Source: an uncultured Gemmatimonadaceae bacterium
GTDB lineage: Bacteria; Gemmatimonadota; Gemmatimonadetes; Gemmatimonadales; Gemmatimonadaceae
Length of the DNA: 64,000 nucleotides
Assembly: GCA_963790305.1 (NCBI GenBank)
Contig: CAWBOC010000006.1
Location: forward strand, 352,001 to 416,000
Direction: 5' to 3'
Part shown: piece after piece, positions 7,669 through 18,341 of the stretch
How the letters are laid out: the number at the start of each line of letters is the position of its first letter
Position numbering within the stretch: position 1 is the first letter of the stretch
Notes under the pieces: model-generated
What the model was told of the DNA's origin: nothing
Database searches by the model: none
What the model saw: the letters and a program-made list of their open reading frames with translations, nothing else
Position numbers and translations under genes: made by a program

Positions 7669-9756
7669 CTAAAGCGTTGTACCGGCGCCGCTTACTTCCG
7701 CTATCTTCACGCAGTTCCTTCCGCCTCGCTTAGCCTCGTACAGCGCCCGGTCGGCGGCGGGGAAAAGCGTATCTCGACTGTTCGTGCTGGCGGGGTAGGT
7801 CGCCACCCCGAACGATGCAGTAACGTCGATTTCGCGCGCGCCCAGCCGAACCGGCTGCGAGCTCAGCAGCGTGCGGAGCCGCTCGGCGACCTCGCGCGCC
7901 CCGGCCAGATCCGTCTGCGGGAGCAGAATCGCCATCTCCTCCCCGCCATATCGCGCGCAGAGGTCGATCTCTGCCCGGAGCGCTCCGCCGAGCACCCGCG
8001 CGGCGTGTCGCAGGACGGTGTCGCCCGCGTCGTGGCCGTGCTCGTCGTTCACCCGCTTGAAGTGGTCGAGGTCGGCCAGTAGGAGCGACACCGGCCGCTG
8101 GAAGCGATCACTCTCCGCGAGAAGGGTCGAGAGGCGCTCATCGAAGGTGCGGCGGTTCGCGAGCCCTGTGAGCGCATCCTTGCGCGCGAGATCGTGCTGG
8201 CGCGTGAACTCCTCCGCCGTGCGGAGCGACAGGGAGGCGACACGCGCGAGCAGCCTCACCGTGTCGACCTCTCGATCGACCACCTGCCGCGGCGCATCGC
8301 CCTCGATGACGATGGCCCCGAGCACGGAATGATCGCGTCGCAACGGAATGACAGCGAGCGATCCGATTCGGCGCCGGGGCTCCGCATCCGCGAACACCGC
8401 GGTTCGGAGTGCGGCCCGCTGCGCATCCTCGAAGACGAAGGTTTGATCGTGGCGGCATGCCCGCGCGACGAGCGAGTCGCCTCCCAGGACATAGCCTTCC
8501 TTGAGTCCAAAGCTCGCCGAGGCGCTTCGAACGACGCCCGTCCCCGCGGCGGCATCCCACGCGACGAACGCCGATCGCGAGGCGCTGGTGACCTGGAGCG
8601 ACGTCTCACACACCGACCGTGCGAGCGTATCAACCACCACGCTCCCCTGAATGCGCTCGACCGCGTCGATAATGGCGCGAACGTCCGCCGCGCGGCGCGC
8701 AGTCAGGTGCCGAACCTCGAGGAGGCCGAGGAGAGTGCCGAGGTGCGTGCCGTGGCGCCGCACCCAGTTCTTGAGCTCCTCGTCCGGCAACGCGGCGCCT
8801 CCAGTCACAGTCACGCTGAGGGCGCCGAAAAGGCGATCACCTTCCTCGACCGGGCCGGCGACGACGATGCCACCGTGCTCGAGCTGCGCCGCCACCGCCA
8901 GACGCTGTGAGCCCGCCCACTGGACGAGCGGGACGCCCTCCCGCTCCGGGAAGAGCGCGGGCTCGTCAGGCGAGACTGTCGACCAGGCGGCCGGCTCCAT
9001 GCGCTCGTTCTCTTCAGAGAGGCGCCAGTAGATGACCTCGTCGGCGCAGAGGCTGTCTCTGATGTCACGTAGATATCGACTGGCGATGTGCAGGTGCACC
9101 ATACCGATGGCTGCGTCGCGCTCGGAAACCGCATCACGGCGCAGGTCGCTCGCGACCGCGGTCGACCCGCGCGGTGTCGGCCGCCGATGGAGGAAACCCT
9201 GCACGCGCCGCATTCGCTGCCGGTCGACCTCGACGTCGCGCGCAATCTTGCGCGCATACCAGAGGGGGCCGACCGCGATGGCCATCACCAGGGCCGTGGC
9301 GGTGAGGATCGGGACCCCCTCCGGCCCCCGCCCCAGGGCCGAGTCGGCGAGCGCTATGACGACGACGGAGATCGCCGCTGCAATCCCGCCGGCTCGATAG
9401 CCTAACGTCGCTGTCACGCTCATGAGGAGCAGCCCCACGATCGCCAACGCGGGCGAATGGACGCCTCCGCTCCCCGCCACGACGAGGAAGGCAGGCGCGG
9501 AGAGCAGCGTGACGATGTGGATAAGTCGCTCCCGGAGGGTCGCGGGGAGGGTGCCGGCGGCTACGGCGCCTGCCAGCGCCAGGGCGATCACGAGCGCGGC
9601 GAGCGCCGGCCAACCGAAACGGGACCCGGCCGCGAGCTCAGCTCGAGCGACGGGGTGCATGAACGACGCGGCGGCCGCGAACCAGAGCGCGACCGCCGCG
9701 ACGGAGGTCCAGCGATGCTGTGCGATACTACGAATGAGTGATGCGCGAAGCGGCAT
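7669..9756 (-). CDS. Membrane-anchored GAF-GGDEF diguanylate cyclase
   Basis: N-terminal TM helices, GAF-like segments, DALTGLANRR, DLDHFKRVND, RYGGEEM, ADRALYEAK. Confidence 0.92.
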   Translation of the reverse strand: MPLRASLIRSIAQHRWTSVAAVALWFAAAASFMHPVARAELAAGSRFGWPALAALVIALALAGAVAAGTLPATLRERLIHIVTLLSAPAFLVVAGSGGVHSPALAIVGLLLMSVTATLGYRAGGIAAAISVVVIALADSALGRGPEGVPILTATALVMAIAVGPLWYARKIARDVEVDRQRMRRVQGFLHRRPTPRGSTAVASDLRRDAVSERDAAIGMVHLHIASRYLRDIRDSLCADEVIYWRLSEENERMEPAAWSTVSPDEPALFPEREGVPLVQWAGSQRLAVAAQLEHGGIVVAGPVEEGDRLFGALSVTVTGGAALPDEELKNWVRRHGTHLGTLLGLLEVRHLTARRAADVRAIIDAVERIQGSVVVDTLARSVCETSLQVTSASRSAFVAWDAAAGTGVVRSASASFGLKEGYVLGGDSLVARACRHDQTFVFEDAQRAALRTAVFADAEPRRRIGSLAVIPLRRDHSVLGAIVIEGDAPRQVVDREVDTVRLLARVASLSLRTAEEFTRQHDLARKDALTGLANRRTFDERLSTLLAESDRFQRPVSLLLADLDHFKRVNDEHGHDAGDTVLRHAARVLGGALRAEIDLCARYGGEEMAILLPQTDLAGAREVAERLRTLLSSQPVRLGAREIDVTASFGVATYPASTNSRDTLFPAADRALYEAKRGGRNCVKIAEVSGAGTTL

Positions 9757-10477
9757 AGGCGGCGCCGAACCCGTTGTCGATGTTGACGACAGTCACGCCG
9801 GCAGCGCAACTGTTCAACATGCCGAGCAGCGCGGCGATACCGCCGAAGCTGGCGCCGTATCCGACGCTCGTGGGAACGGCTATCACGGGAACTCGAACAA
9901 TCCCACCGACGACCGAGGGAAGCGCGCCTTCCATTCCCGCCACAACGATCACGACGGCGGCTCGCGTGAGGACGTCGCTGCGCGACAGCAGTCGATGAAT
10001 TCCCGCAACGCCAACATCCGTTAGGCGCTCGACACAGTTGCCAAGGGCGCGCAAGGTGACCGCGGCTTCCTCGGCAACCGGCAAGTCGCTGGTGCCGGCG
10101 GTGACGACGAGGACAGACCCCGTCCCTTGAGGAACTTCCTTATCAGGCGCGAGGTAAGCCGTTCTACCAAGCTCGTTTACTTCAACGGCCGGGACGCGCT
10201 CTGCAAGGGCACGCCGCACGTTCGCGTCAGCCCGCGTCACGAGGAATCCGTCGCGCCGCGCAGCGATGCGATCGGCGATCTCGACCACCTGCTCGGTGGT
10301 TTTTCCCGCGGCGAGAATCACCTCCGGGAAGCCGAGGCGAACCGCCCGGTGGTGATCGATGGTCGCGAAGCCGAGGTCTTCGATCGGGGAGACGGCGATG
10401 GCGTCAGCCGCTACGTCGGCCGCCAGCTCGCCTCCCGCGACCCGACGCAACAGGTCGAGCACGCGCTCGCGGTTCAC
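9728..10477 (-). CDS. larB: Nickel-pincer cofactor biosynthesis protein LarB (PurE-like)
   Basis: IDHHRAVRLGFPEV, AGTSDLPVAEEA, AGMEGALPSVV, PTSVGYG, NIDNGFGAA. Confidence 0.92.
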   Translation of the reverse strand: MNRERVLDLLRRVAGGELAADVAADAIAVSPIEDLGFATIDHHRAVRLGFPEVILAAGKTTEQVVEIADRIAARRDGFLVTRADANVRRALAERVPAVEVNELGRTAYLAPDKEVPQGTGSVLVVTAGTSDLPVAEEAAVTLRALGNCVERLTDVGVAGIHRLLSRSDVLTRAAVVIVVAGMEGALPSVVGGIVRVPVIAVPTSVGYGASFGGIAALLGMLNSCAAGVTVVNIDNGFGAAYAASRITHS

Positions 10478-11514
10478 GTCAGAGCAGCCTCTCGCTCGCC
10501 CGGAGCGTGCTCCGCCACCTCGCCGGAGGTTAGCTCGCCACGCTGCACTAGATCCAGGTAGCCAGCGAAGATGTCCTCTACCTGGCTGAGCGAGTCGACC
10601 GCGTGCAACTGTCGCCTGAGGTCCGCGGAATGGGGAACCCCCTTTACGTACCAGCCCAGGTGCTTGCGGAACTCGATCGCCGCGCCTCGGGGATCCTGCT
10701 CGTACGCCTCAGCCATGCGAGCATGTTCGATCGCGATCGCGAAGCGCTCCTCGATCGGCGGCGCAGGGGGCATTGGCTGCCCCTCCAGGAGCGCCCGGGC
10801 CTGGGTGAAGATCCACGGCTGGCCGAAGGATCCACGGGCGACCATGACGCCCGCGCATCCGGTGTGCTCGTGCATGCGGAGGGCGTCGTCAGCGGTCTTG
10901 ATGTCACCGTTGCCGAGAACCGGGATGTCGAGTGCATCGACCACAGCGGCGATTTCATCCCAGCTGGCGGCGCCCGTGTACATCTGCGTGCGCGTGCGGG
11001 GATGCAGCGCGAGCACGCGCGCGCCCGCGTCCTGGCAGCGAAGGGCGATCGCGACGGGGTTCCGCATTTCCTCGCTCCAGCCACTGCGAATCTTCACCGT
11101 CACCGGAAGGTGGGTCGCGCCGGACACCGCGCGGATCACTCCCTCGACCAGTGACAGGTCCTTCAAGCAGCCCGAGCCACCGTTTCGCCTCACGACCTTC
11201 TTCACCGGACATCCGAAGTTGATGTCGATGAACTCAGGCGCGAACACATCGGTCACGAGCGACGCCGCGTCTCCCATGGCGGAAGGATCGGAGCCGAAGA
11301 TCTGGACCCCGATGGGACGCTCATCGCTTCCAAAGCGAAGCTTCGCGAGCGTGGCCTCGTTCTCCCGGCGAATGCCTTCTGCCGAGAGAAACTCCGTCAC
11401 CACCACGTCCGCACCAAAGCGGCGGCAAAGCCGCCGGAAGGGCGACTCGGACACGCCGGCCATCGGCGCGAGGTACAGCGGAACCCGGTACGGGAGCGGA
11501 AAGGGAAACGGCAT
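10474..11514 (-). CDS. dusB: tRNA dihydrouridine synthase
   Basis: LAPMAGVS, DINFGCP, TVKIRSG, GNGDI, RKHLGWY. Confidence 0.92.
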   Translation of the reverse strand: MPFPFPLPYRVPLYLAPMAGVSESPFRRLCRRFGADVVVTEFLSAEGIRRENEATLAKLRFGSDERPIGVQIFGSDPSAMGDAASLVTDVFAPEFIDINFGCPVKKVVRRNGGSGCLKDLSLVEGVIRAVSGATHLPVTVKIRSGWSEEMRNPVAIALRCQDAGARVLALHPRTRTQMYTGAASWDEIAAVVDALDIPVLGNGDIKTADDALRMHEHTGCAGVMVARGSFGQPWIFTQARALLEGQPMPPAPPIEERFAIAIEHARMAEAYEQDPRGAAIEFRKHLGWYVKGVPHSADLRRQLHAVDSLSQVEDIFAGYLDLVQRGELTSGEVAEHAPGEREAALT

Positions 11515-11522
11515 GTCGATGG

Positions 11523-11551
11523 AAGCTAACGCTGCGGCGAAATGCGTGCAA
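11523..11551 (-). promoter_or_regulatory. Sigma70-type promoter of dusB (near-leaderless)
   Basis: TTGCAC-17-TAGCTT, ending 8 nt before the ATG. Confidence 0.55.
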
Positions 11552-11560
11552 CGACATGAT

Positions 11561-11589
11561 TTGACAGCGCTTACAGACTCGGGTATGTT
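11561..11589 (+). promoter_or_regulatory. Sigma70-type promoter of the PTS IIA gene
   Basis: TTGACA-17-TATGTT. Confidence 0.65.
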
Positions 11590-11637
11590 GCGCCGGATTC
11601 CCCTGCTCTCATCACTCAGCGCCTGGCGCGCTCATTC

Positions 11638-12090
11638 ATGGAACTGCGCGAATTCTTCTCCGAAGATGCGATCAAGCTCGAGCTCGACGGCAGCACGAAG
11701 GATGAGATCCTGAAGGAGCTCATCGGCCTGCTCAAGCTGGACGAGAAATCGGAGGGGATGCTCTTCAAGATGCTGAAGCGTCGCGAGAACCTTGGCTCGA
11801 CGGGAATCGGCCGAGGGATCGCGATTCCACATTGCCGCTCGCTGGTGGTGAGCAAGCTGCGCGTGGGGTTCGGTCGCAAGCGCGATGGGATCGACTTCAA
11901 GGCGATCGACGAGAAGCCGGTCCATTTCTTTTTCCTCATCGTCGCGCCGCCGCTCGAGGTCTCGAACCAGTATCTGCCCGTCCTCGGCAGGATCGCCCAG
12001 TTCTCGAAGGAGACTGATGTGCCGCAGCGGTTGATGTCGATCGGGACGCCGGCGGAGTTCATGGCGCTGTTGAAGGAGAAAGGCGTCTAG
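11638..12090 (+). CDS. PTS EIIA (Fru/Ntr-type, PtsN-like)
   Basis: RENLGSTGIGRGIAIPH phospho-His motif. Confidence 0.92.
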   Translation: MELREFFSEDAIKLELDGSTKDEILKELIGLLKLDEKSEGMLFKMLKRRENLGSTGIGRGIAIPHCRSLVVSKLRVGFGRKRDGIDFKAIDEKPVHFFFLIVAPPLEVSNQYLPVLGRIAQFSKETDVPQRLMSIGTPAEFMALLKEKGV

Positions 12091-12228
12091 GAGTCAGGGG
12101 TCAGGAGTCAGGGGTCAGGGATGGAAAGGGCCGCCGCAGCTTCGCGCGTGCGGCGCTCATCGATGAGCGCGGCAGCGAAGCTGCCGCGCCTTTCCATCCC
12201 TGACCCCTGACTCCTGACTCCTGACCCC
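12090..12228 (+). repeat. ~140-bp palindromic element with (GGRGTCA)x4 arms, copy 1
   Basis: Heptamer arms plus gggatggaaagg/cctttccatccc stem enclosing inner hairpins; homologous to 20521-20667. Confidence 0.9.
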
Positions 12229-12236
12229 GGCCCTGC

Positions 12237-13778
12237 TCACTCCCACTCGATCGTCGCCGGCGGCTTCGAGCTCACGTCGTAGACGACCCGGTTCACGCCG
12301 CGCACCTCGTTGATGATTCGGCTCGAGATGTTCGCCAGCACATCGTGCGGGAAGGGATACCAGTCGGCGGTCATACCGTCGCGACTGGTCACCGCGCGCA
12401 GAGCGACGACGTTCGCGTACGTGCGGAAGTCTCCCATTACTCCCACGCTTTTCACGGGGAGCAGCACGGCGAACGCCTGCCAGATGTCGTCGTACAGCTC
12501 CGCCTCGCGAATCCCCTCGAGATAGATCGCGTCTGCCTGCCGCAGCGTATCCAGCTTTTCGCGCGTGACATCGGAAAGCACGCGAATGGCGAGCCCGGGT
12601 CCTGGGAAGGGGTGCCGCCCGACAATCTCCTCCGGGAGCCCCAACTCGCGGCCCACCTGGCGTACCTCGTCCTTGAACAGCTCTCGCAGAGGCTCCACCA
12701 GCTCGAACTTCATTCCGGGCTTCAAGCCGCCGACGTTGTGATGCGTCTTGATCGTCACCGACGGACCACCGTGCGGGGACACAGACTCGATCACGTCCGG
12801 GTATAACGTGCCCTGCACCAGGAAGCGAGCCTCATGTCCCGCCCGCTCGGCCGCATCCTCGAAGACATCGATGAACGTGTGACCGATGCGCCGGCGCTTC
12901 TCCTCAGGATCGCTGACTCCGGCGAGCGCCATCAGGAAGCGGTCGCTCGCATCGACCGTGATGAGGTCTATGCCGAGGTGCGCTCGGAAGGTTCGCTCGA
13001 CCTGTTCGCGCTCGTGGAGTCTCAGCAGACCAGTGTCGACGAAGATGCAGGTGAGCTGATCGCCAATCGCCCGGTGCACGAGCGCGGCGGCAACGGACGA
13101 GTCGACGCCCCCAGAGAGCCCGCAGATCACCCGCGACGCTCCGACCTGGCGTTGAATCTTGGTTACCTCATCGTCGATGAACGCGCCCGCCGTCCACGTG
13201 GGCTCAGCACCGCACACCTCGAACAGAAAGTTGGCTATCACTTCACCACCACGCGGGGTGTGCGCAACCTCCGGGTGGAATTGAACGCCGAATACCGGCC
13301 GGGTGCGATGGCGCATGCCTGCGATCTGCACAGTGGAGCTCCGCGCGGTGACCTCGTAGCCTGACGGAGGCGTCTCGACGTGATCGCCGTGGCTCATCCA
13401 CACTGTCACGCGCTCGCTCTCGTCAAATCCGCCGAACAGTCCGTCCGAGGCGAGGATCTCGAGCTCCGCTCGCCCGTATTCGCGGGGGCCAGGCGAGACC
13501 TTTCCGCCCTCCAGATGCGCGATGAGATGCATCCCGTAGCAGATGCCGAGCACTGGGGCGATGTCGAGCAGGGCAGGATCGGCACTCGGGCCGTCATCGT
13601 CGTACACCGAGCTCGGACCCCCACTCAGAATGATGCCCGTGGGTTCCCACGCTCGAATCCACTCGAGGGAGCGCGTTGGCGGATGAATCTCGGAGTAGAC
13701 ACGAGCTTCGCGGACGCGCCGCGCGATCAGCTGGGTGAACTGCGAGCCGTAGTCGAGGATGAGGATCCGGCTACCCAC
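12237..13778 (-). CDS. guaA: GMP synthase (glutamine-hydrolysing)
   Basis: [44 protein letters not shown] start with GGAG RBS. Confidence 0.98.
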   Translation of the reverse strand: MGSRILILDYGSQFTQLIARRVREARVYSEIHPPTRSLEWIRAWEPTGIILSGGPSSVYDDDGPSADPALLDIAPVLGICYGMHLIAHLEGGKVSPGPREYGRAELEILASDGLFGGFDESERVTVWMSHGDHVETPPSGYEVTARSSTVQIAGMRHRTRPVFGVQFHPEVAHTPRGGEVIANFLFEVCGAEPTWTAGAFIDDEVTKIQRQVGASRVICGLSGGVDSSVAAALVHRAIGDQLTCIFVDTGLLRLHEREQVERTFRAHLGIDLITVDASDRFLMALAGVSDPEEKRRRIGHTFIDVFEDAAERAGHEARFLVQGTLYPDVIESVSPHGGPSVTIKTHHNVGGLKPGMKFELVEPLRELFKDEVRQVGRELGLPEEIVGRHPFPGPGLAIRVLSDVTREKLDTLRQADAIYLEGIREAELYDDIWQAFAVLLPVKSVGVMGDFRTYANVVALRAVTSRDGMTADWYPFPHDVLANISSRIINEVRGVNRVVYDVSSKPPATIEWE

Positions 13779-14286
13779 GATGGCTCCACTCGGGCCCATC
13801 GAGCCGGATCACCTCGAGAGACTTGGACTCGAGATCGAGGATCGCGGCGGTCGGGGGCCCGAAGAGCCATCCGCACGCCTCACCGGGATTGATGATCATC
13901 GTGTCGCCGCGCACGCGCATCTCCTGCTTGTGCGTGCATCCATGGACGACGATCGCGTGCGCCGCGAGCGAACGCTTCTGGACATCGCCAATGTCGTGCA
14001 CCACCAGGATGCTCATGTCGCCGAGCTCGACGCTGTGTGGGGATTCGTAGAGCTCGAAGCCCATCCCCTTTGCGGCCTCGGCCTGAAGGCCCTGGCGATC
14101 GCCATCGTTGCGGCCGAATACGCCGGCGACGGCGACGTTCGCGGCTCGAAGCGGCGCGATCGCGAAGGGCGCGCACCAGTCGCCGGCGTGAAGCACGAAG
14201 CCAACTCCGGCCTCGGCGAACCGCCGCGCGAACTCCTGGATGGCCGGAACGCGATCGTGTGAGTCAGCGAGAAGTCCCACGCGCAT
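13771..14286 (-). CDS. YfcE/MJ0936-type metallophosphoesterase
   Basis: ADSHD, HAGD, GRNDG, HGCTH, INPGE. Confidence 0.88.
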   Translation of the reverse strand: MRVGLLADSHDRVPAIQEFARRFAEAGVGFVLHAGDWCAPFAIAPLRAANVAVAGVFGRNDGDRQGLQAEAAKGMGFELYESPHSVELGDMSILVVHDIGDVQKRSLAAHAIVVHGCTHKQEMRVRGDTMIINPGEACGWLFGPPTAAILDLESKSLEVIRLDGPEWSHRG

Positions 14287-15581
14287 CAGACGCGGCTCCA
14301 CTGAGGCGTCGGCCGCTCGTGGCGCACGAGGTCATCGTACGTCTCCCGATCGCGGATGATGGCGTAGCGATCTCCCTCTACGAGAACCTCCGGTGGACGA
14401 GGACGGCTGTTGTAGTTCGAGGCCATCACGAATCCGTATGCGCCGGCGGAATGCACGATCAGGAGGTCGCCCTCGGTGACGGCATCCATGGTGCGGTTCA
14501 GGGCGAAGAAATCACCGCTCTCACACACCGGGCCAACGACGTCATAGGTCTCGGACCGGCCACTGGGCTGAACGGCCGATATGTGATGGTAGGCCTGGTA
14601 GTGCGAGGGACGCAGCAGGTCGTTCATCCCCGCATCGGTGATGACGTATTCCCGTCCGCCACTCCGCTTTCGGTACAGCACACGCGTGAGCAGGATTCCC
14701 GCGTTGCCGACCAGATAGCGACCGGGCTCCACGATCAGCGTTAGGCCCGAAGCCACGACCTGCGGGACGATGGCGGCGGCGAAGGCTTCCGGGTTTGTCG
14801 GCGCCTCGTCGTCGTAGGTGACCGCGAGGCCGCCGCCGACGTCGAGAAACTCGAGACCAGCGCATCCGAGATTTCGGAGAGCGGTGACCAGCTCGAGGAG
14901 GCGTCCGATCCCTTCTTCGTACGGGTCGAGCACCGTCACCTGCGATCCGATATGCATGTCGACGCCACGCAGCGCGATACCGGGCATGCGTAAGGCGCGG
15001 CGCGCGACCTCGAGCGCCTCGTCGTACGGAATGCCGAATTTCATTCCCCGCTCGCCCGTGCGCGTGTATGGGTGCGGCGTGTCCACCGTGACCTCGGGAT
15101 TCACCCGCAGCGCAACCGGTGCCGATCTCCCCATATTCTGAGCGATCCGGTCGAGCTGGCGCAATTCAGCTTCGGACTCGACGTTGAACAGCAGCACCCC
15201 CGCGATGAGCGCCTCGCGCAATTCCTGCTCCGTCTTCCCTACCCCACTGAACACGACGTCGGCTCCTGTATACCCCGCGCGAAGCGCGCGCTCCAGCTCG
15301 CCGCCGGAGACGATATCGACGCCCGCGCCGAGCTCTCGAAGCAACGCCAGGACGGCAAGCGACGAGTTCGCCTTGACGCTGTAGTGAATTCGGTGGCCGA
15401 TGCCCGACAGCGCCGAGGAGAGCCTCCGATACTGCTCACGAATATGCGACGCGCTGTACACGTACGCGGGCGTGCCGACCGCGCGCGCGAGATGCTCGAG
15501 CTCGATTCCCTCGCAGCGCCCTGCCCGCGGGCCACCGGCAGCGGTGAGGGGGTTGGCCGCGGTCAATACGCCTTTGCCCAC
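14286..15581 (-). CDS. lysA: Diaminopimelate decarboxylase
   Basis: YSVKAN, HIGSQ, EPGR, GPVCESGD, GAYG...SNYN. Confidence 0.96.
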   Translation of the reverse strand: MGKGVLTAANPLTAAGGPRAGRCEGIELEHLARAVGTPAYVYSASHIREQYRRLSSALSGIGHRIHYSVKANSSLAVLALLRELGAGVDIVSGGELERALRAGYTGADVVFSGVGKTEQELREALIAGVLLFNVESEAELRQLDRIAQNMGRSAPVALRVNPEVTVDTPHPYTRTGERGMKFGIPYDEALEVARRALRMPGIALRGVDMHIGSQVTVLDPYEEGIGRLLELVTALRNLGCAGLEFLDVGGGLAVTYDDEAPTNPEAFAAAIVPQVVASGLTLIVEPGRYLVGNAGILLTRVLYRKRSGGREYVITDAGMNDLLRPSHYQAYHHISAVQPSGRSETYDVVGPVCESGDFFALNRTMDAVTEGDLLIVHSAGAYGFVMASNYNSRPRPPEVLVEGDRYAIIRDRETYDDLVRHERPTPQWSRV

Positions 15582-17032
15582 ACGGCCTCGGTCGTGGACG
15601 GCCGGCCGCATCGCACACAGGTGCGAGGGGGTTCATCGGACCGAAACTCCTCGTCAGGCATGACCCGAATCGTTGCCTTCGTGTCCTCCTTCACGGTCGT
15701 TTCGCACGCGGGATCGCCGCACCAACCGGCATACACGAAGCCGCCCTCTCCATCCATGAGCTGGCGGAACCGATCGTAGGTGATCGGGCCACGATGGCTG
15801 TTCTTCTCGCGGCGGTCGAGCGCCGCGGCGACCATGTCATCCTGGATCGTCTCGAGCAGGGTCTCGACGTCCTCCCCAACGCTCTCGAGACTGACAGTCT
15901 GCTTGGCGCGCGTATCCCGCCGCACGAGCACGCACTGGTTCTTGTCAATGTCGCGGGGACCGAGCTCCATTCGCAGCGGCACGCCACGGAGCTCCCACTC
16001 GTAATACTTTGCGCCTGGCTTCATGCTGTCACGATCGTCGAAATGGACGCGCAGCCGGTTCGGCTCGCGACGCTCCCAATCACGCAGGTTGTCGTAGACG
16101 CGGCGCGCCGTCTCGAGCACGCGGCTGCGCTCTTCATCGCTCTTCCAGATCGGCACGATGACGAGCTCCGTCGGCGCGAGCAGCGGCGGAATCCGCAGAC
16201 CGTTGTCGTCACCATGGGTCATGACCAGCCCGCCGACGAGGCGCGTCGACACGCCCCAGCTCGTGTTCCACGCGTGCGCGATCTCTCCGTTCTCCGCCTG
16301 AAAGGTGAGATTGAATGCCTTGGCGAAGTTCTGCCCGAGGTTGTGGGAGGTTCCCGCCTGGAGCGCGCGATTGTCTTGCATCATCGCCTCGCAGGAGTAC
16401 GTCCGCAGCGCCCCGGCGAACTTTTCGCTCTCGGTCTTTTGCCCGGTGATCACGGGCATCGCCATCCACCCCTCCATGAAATCGCTGTACAGCCCCAGAA
16501 TCTTCCGCGCTTCCTCCTCGGCCTCATCGTGAGTGACGTGAGCGGTGTGCCCCTCCTGCCAGAGGAACTCGAGCGTTCGCAGGAACAGTCGTGTGCGCAT
16601 TTCCCACCGCACGACGTTCGCCCACTGGTTGATGAGGATGGGGAGGTCGCGATAGCTCTGCACCCACTTCGCGAACATGGAGTAGATGATGGTTTCCGAC
16701 GTCGGCCGGATAACCAGCGGCTCGTCGAGCTCCTTGCCGCCGCCGTGTGTTACGACGGCGGTCTCCGGAGCGAAGCCCTGAACGTGCTCGGCCTCCTTGT
16801 GCAAGAAGCTTTCAGGAATGAGGAGCGGGAAATAGGCGTTCTGATGGCCCGTGGCCTTGAACATCTCATCGAGCGTATGCTGCATGCGCTCCCAGATGCC
16901 GTACCCTGCCGGCCGAATGACCATGCAGCCGCGCACCGGCGAGTAGTCCGCCAGCTCCGCCCGCAACACGACCTCATTGTACCACGCGCTGAAGTCCTCG
17001 GCGCGTGTCGTCAGCTTCTTGTCGTTGCTCAT
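15563..17032 (-). CDS. proS: Proline--tRNA ligase (archaeal/eukaryal type)
   Basis: IRPTSET, QWANVVRWE, FLWQEGHT, QAGTSHNLG, C-terminal AKAY. Confidence 0.97.
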   Translation of the reverse strand: MSNDKKLTTRAEDFSAWYNEVVLRAELADYSPVRGCMVIRPAGYGIWERMQHTLDEMFKATGHQNAYFPLLIPESFLHKEAEHVQGFAPETAVVTHGGGKELDEPLVIRPTSETIIYSMFAKWVQSYRDLPILINQWANVVRWEMRTRLFLRTLEFLWQEGHTAHVTHDEAEEEARKILGLYSDFMEGWMAMPVITGQKTESEKFAGALRTYSCEAMMQDNRALQAGTSHNLGQNFAKAFNLTFQAENGEIAHAWNTSWGVSTRLVGGLVMTHGDDNGLRIPPLLAPTELVIVPIWKSDEERSRVLETARRVYDNLRDWERREPNRLRVHFDDRDSMKPGAKYYEWELRGVPLRMELGPRDIDKNQCVLVRRDTRAKQTVSLESVGEDVETLLETIQDDMVAAALDRREKNSHRGPITYDRFRQLMDGEGGFVYAGWCGDPACETTVKEDTKATIRVMPDEEFRSDEPPRTCVRCGRPSTTEAVWAKAY

Positions 17033-17051
17033 CAGGTCCGAAGGTTCGAAG

Positions 17052-18332
17052 TCACCGGGCGCTTATCCACTCGTCGAGGCGCACGCGCGTCTCGTTGCCA
17101 TCGGCCAGACGTCGCACGATGGCCTCGCCGCGCTCCAGGTCAGCCGGTTGTAACACCAGCACGTCCCGCGCCCCGGAGGCGTCCGCGGCCTTGAGCTGAC
17201 GAGACAGCTGTTGACCGCCTAACGCATACTCGACCGAACGGCCCCGGTCGCGCAGCCGACGCGCGATCCGCATCGCCTCGTCGAGCAGCGCTGCGTCGCC
17301 ATACGCCACCCACACGTCAACCGAGGACGGCGACTCGGGCATGCGTCCCCGGGCCCGCAGCAGCTCGCCAAGGACGACATCACCCATGCCAAAACCTAAC
17401 GCCGGGAGATCCGTTCCGCCCAGCTGCTTCAGCAATGAGTCGTAGCGCCCGCCGCCGCAAATCGCGCGGAGCTCTCGCTTGGCGTCGAACAGCTCGAAGA
17501 CGATCCCGGTGTAGTATGCCAGCCCCCGGACGATCGACAGGTCGAACTCCACCCAGTCCCGTACGCCAAGGGCATCGAGGTACTCGAAGTAACGCGTGAG
17601 GCGCGTGAAGTCCTCACGCAGCTCCGGGACATCGCCATACCGCTCTCGCAGGGTGTCCAGATCCGGGTGCTTGAGCACCTCGAAAACCCGTGCGATGAAT
17701 ACATCGTGAAGCCCGGCCGCACGCAGCTTGGTCTCCAGGGAGGCGCGGGGCTCACGATCGAGCTTGTCGACCACCGCGTACACGCCGGGAAGCATGTCGT
17801 CGGTGATGCCGGTGAGCACCAGCAACCCACGCAACAACCGGCGATCGGAGACGCGAGCGCGCACGTCGGAAGCCGTGAGTCCAAAGGCGCGCATGATGTC
17901 GATTGCCACTGCGAGCAGCTCGGCGTCGGCCGTGACGTCTGCCTCACCGACGATGTCGACGTTCAGCTGGAAGTGCTCGCGAAGGCGGCCCCGTTGTTTG
18001 CGCTCGTAGCGGAAGAGCTGCGGAATCGAAAACCAGCGGACCGGTTTCCGCAGCGCGTTCGCTTTCGCCGCCACCATCCGCGCGAGCGTTGGCGTCATCT
18101 CCGGACGCAGCGAAACCTCGCGACCGCCCTTGTCCGCGAACGAGTACAGCTGGCCGACGATCTCATCGCCGCTTTTGCGGGTGTAGAGCTCCAGCGGCTC
18201 GAGCGGAGGCCCATCGTACTCCGCGAATGCGTATCGCCGCGCCACCTCGCGCCACGTCCCGATGATGAAGTTCCGCTCGGCGAGCTCCGCAGGGTAGAAT
18301 TCGCGGAACCCGGGCAGCGCGTCCAGTGACAT
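17052..18332 (-). CDS. hisS: Histidine--tRNA ligase
   Basis: LRPEMTP, FRYER, RGLAYYTG, GGGRYD. Confidence 0.97.
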   Translation of the reverse strand: MSLDALPGFREFYPAELAERNFIIGTWREVARRYAFAEYDGPPLEPLELYTRKSGDEIVGQLYSFADKGGREVSLRPEMTPTLARMVAAKANALRKPVRWFSIPQLFRYERKQRGRLREHFQLNVDIVGEADVTADAELLAVAIDIMRAFGLTASDVRARVSDRRLLRGLLVLTGITDDMLPGVYAVVDKLDREPRASLETKLRAAGLHDVFIARVFEVLKHPDLDTLRERYGDVPELREDFTRLTRYFEYLDALGVRDWVEFDLSIVRGLAYYTGIVFELFDAKRELRAICGGGRYDSLLKQLGGTDLPALGFGMGDVVLGELLRARGRMPESPSSVDVWVAYGDAALLDEAMRIARRLRDRGRSVEYALGGQQLSRQLKAADASGARDVLVLQPADLERGEAIVRRLADGNETRVRLDEWISAR

Positions 18333-18341
18333 GAGCGGAAT

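Noticed and set aside
7091..8082. ORFs 7091-7411 (-) and 7414-8082 (+)
   Set aside because: They overlap the tmRNA and the GGDEF gene and show no protein motifs.
15563..17032. Archaeal-type ProRS (and the short EF-Ts at 42706-43311) as signs of recent transfer
   Set aside because: Both forms are established in several bacterial phyla and sit in normal core operons here.
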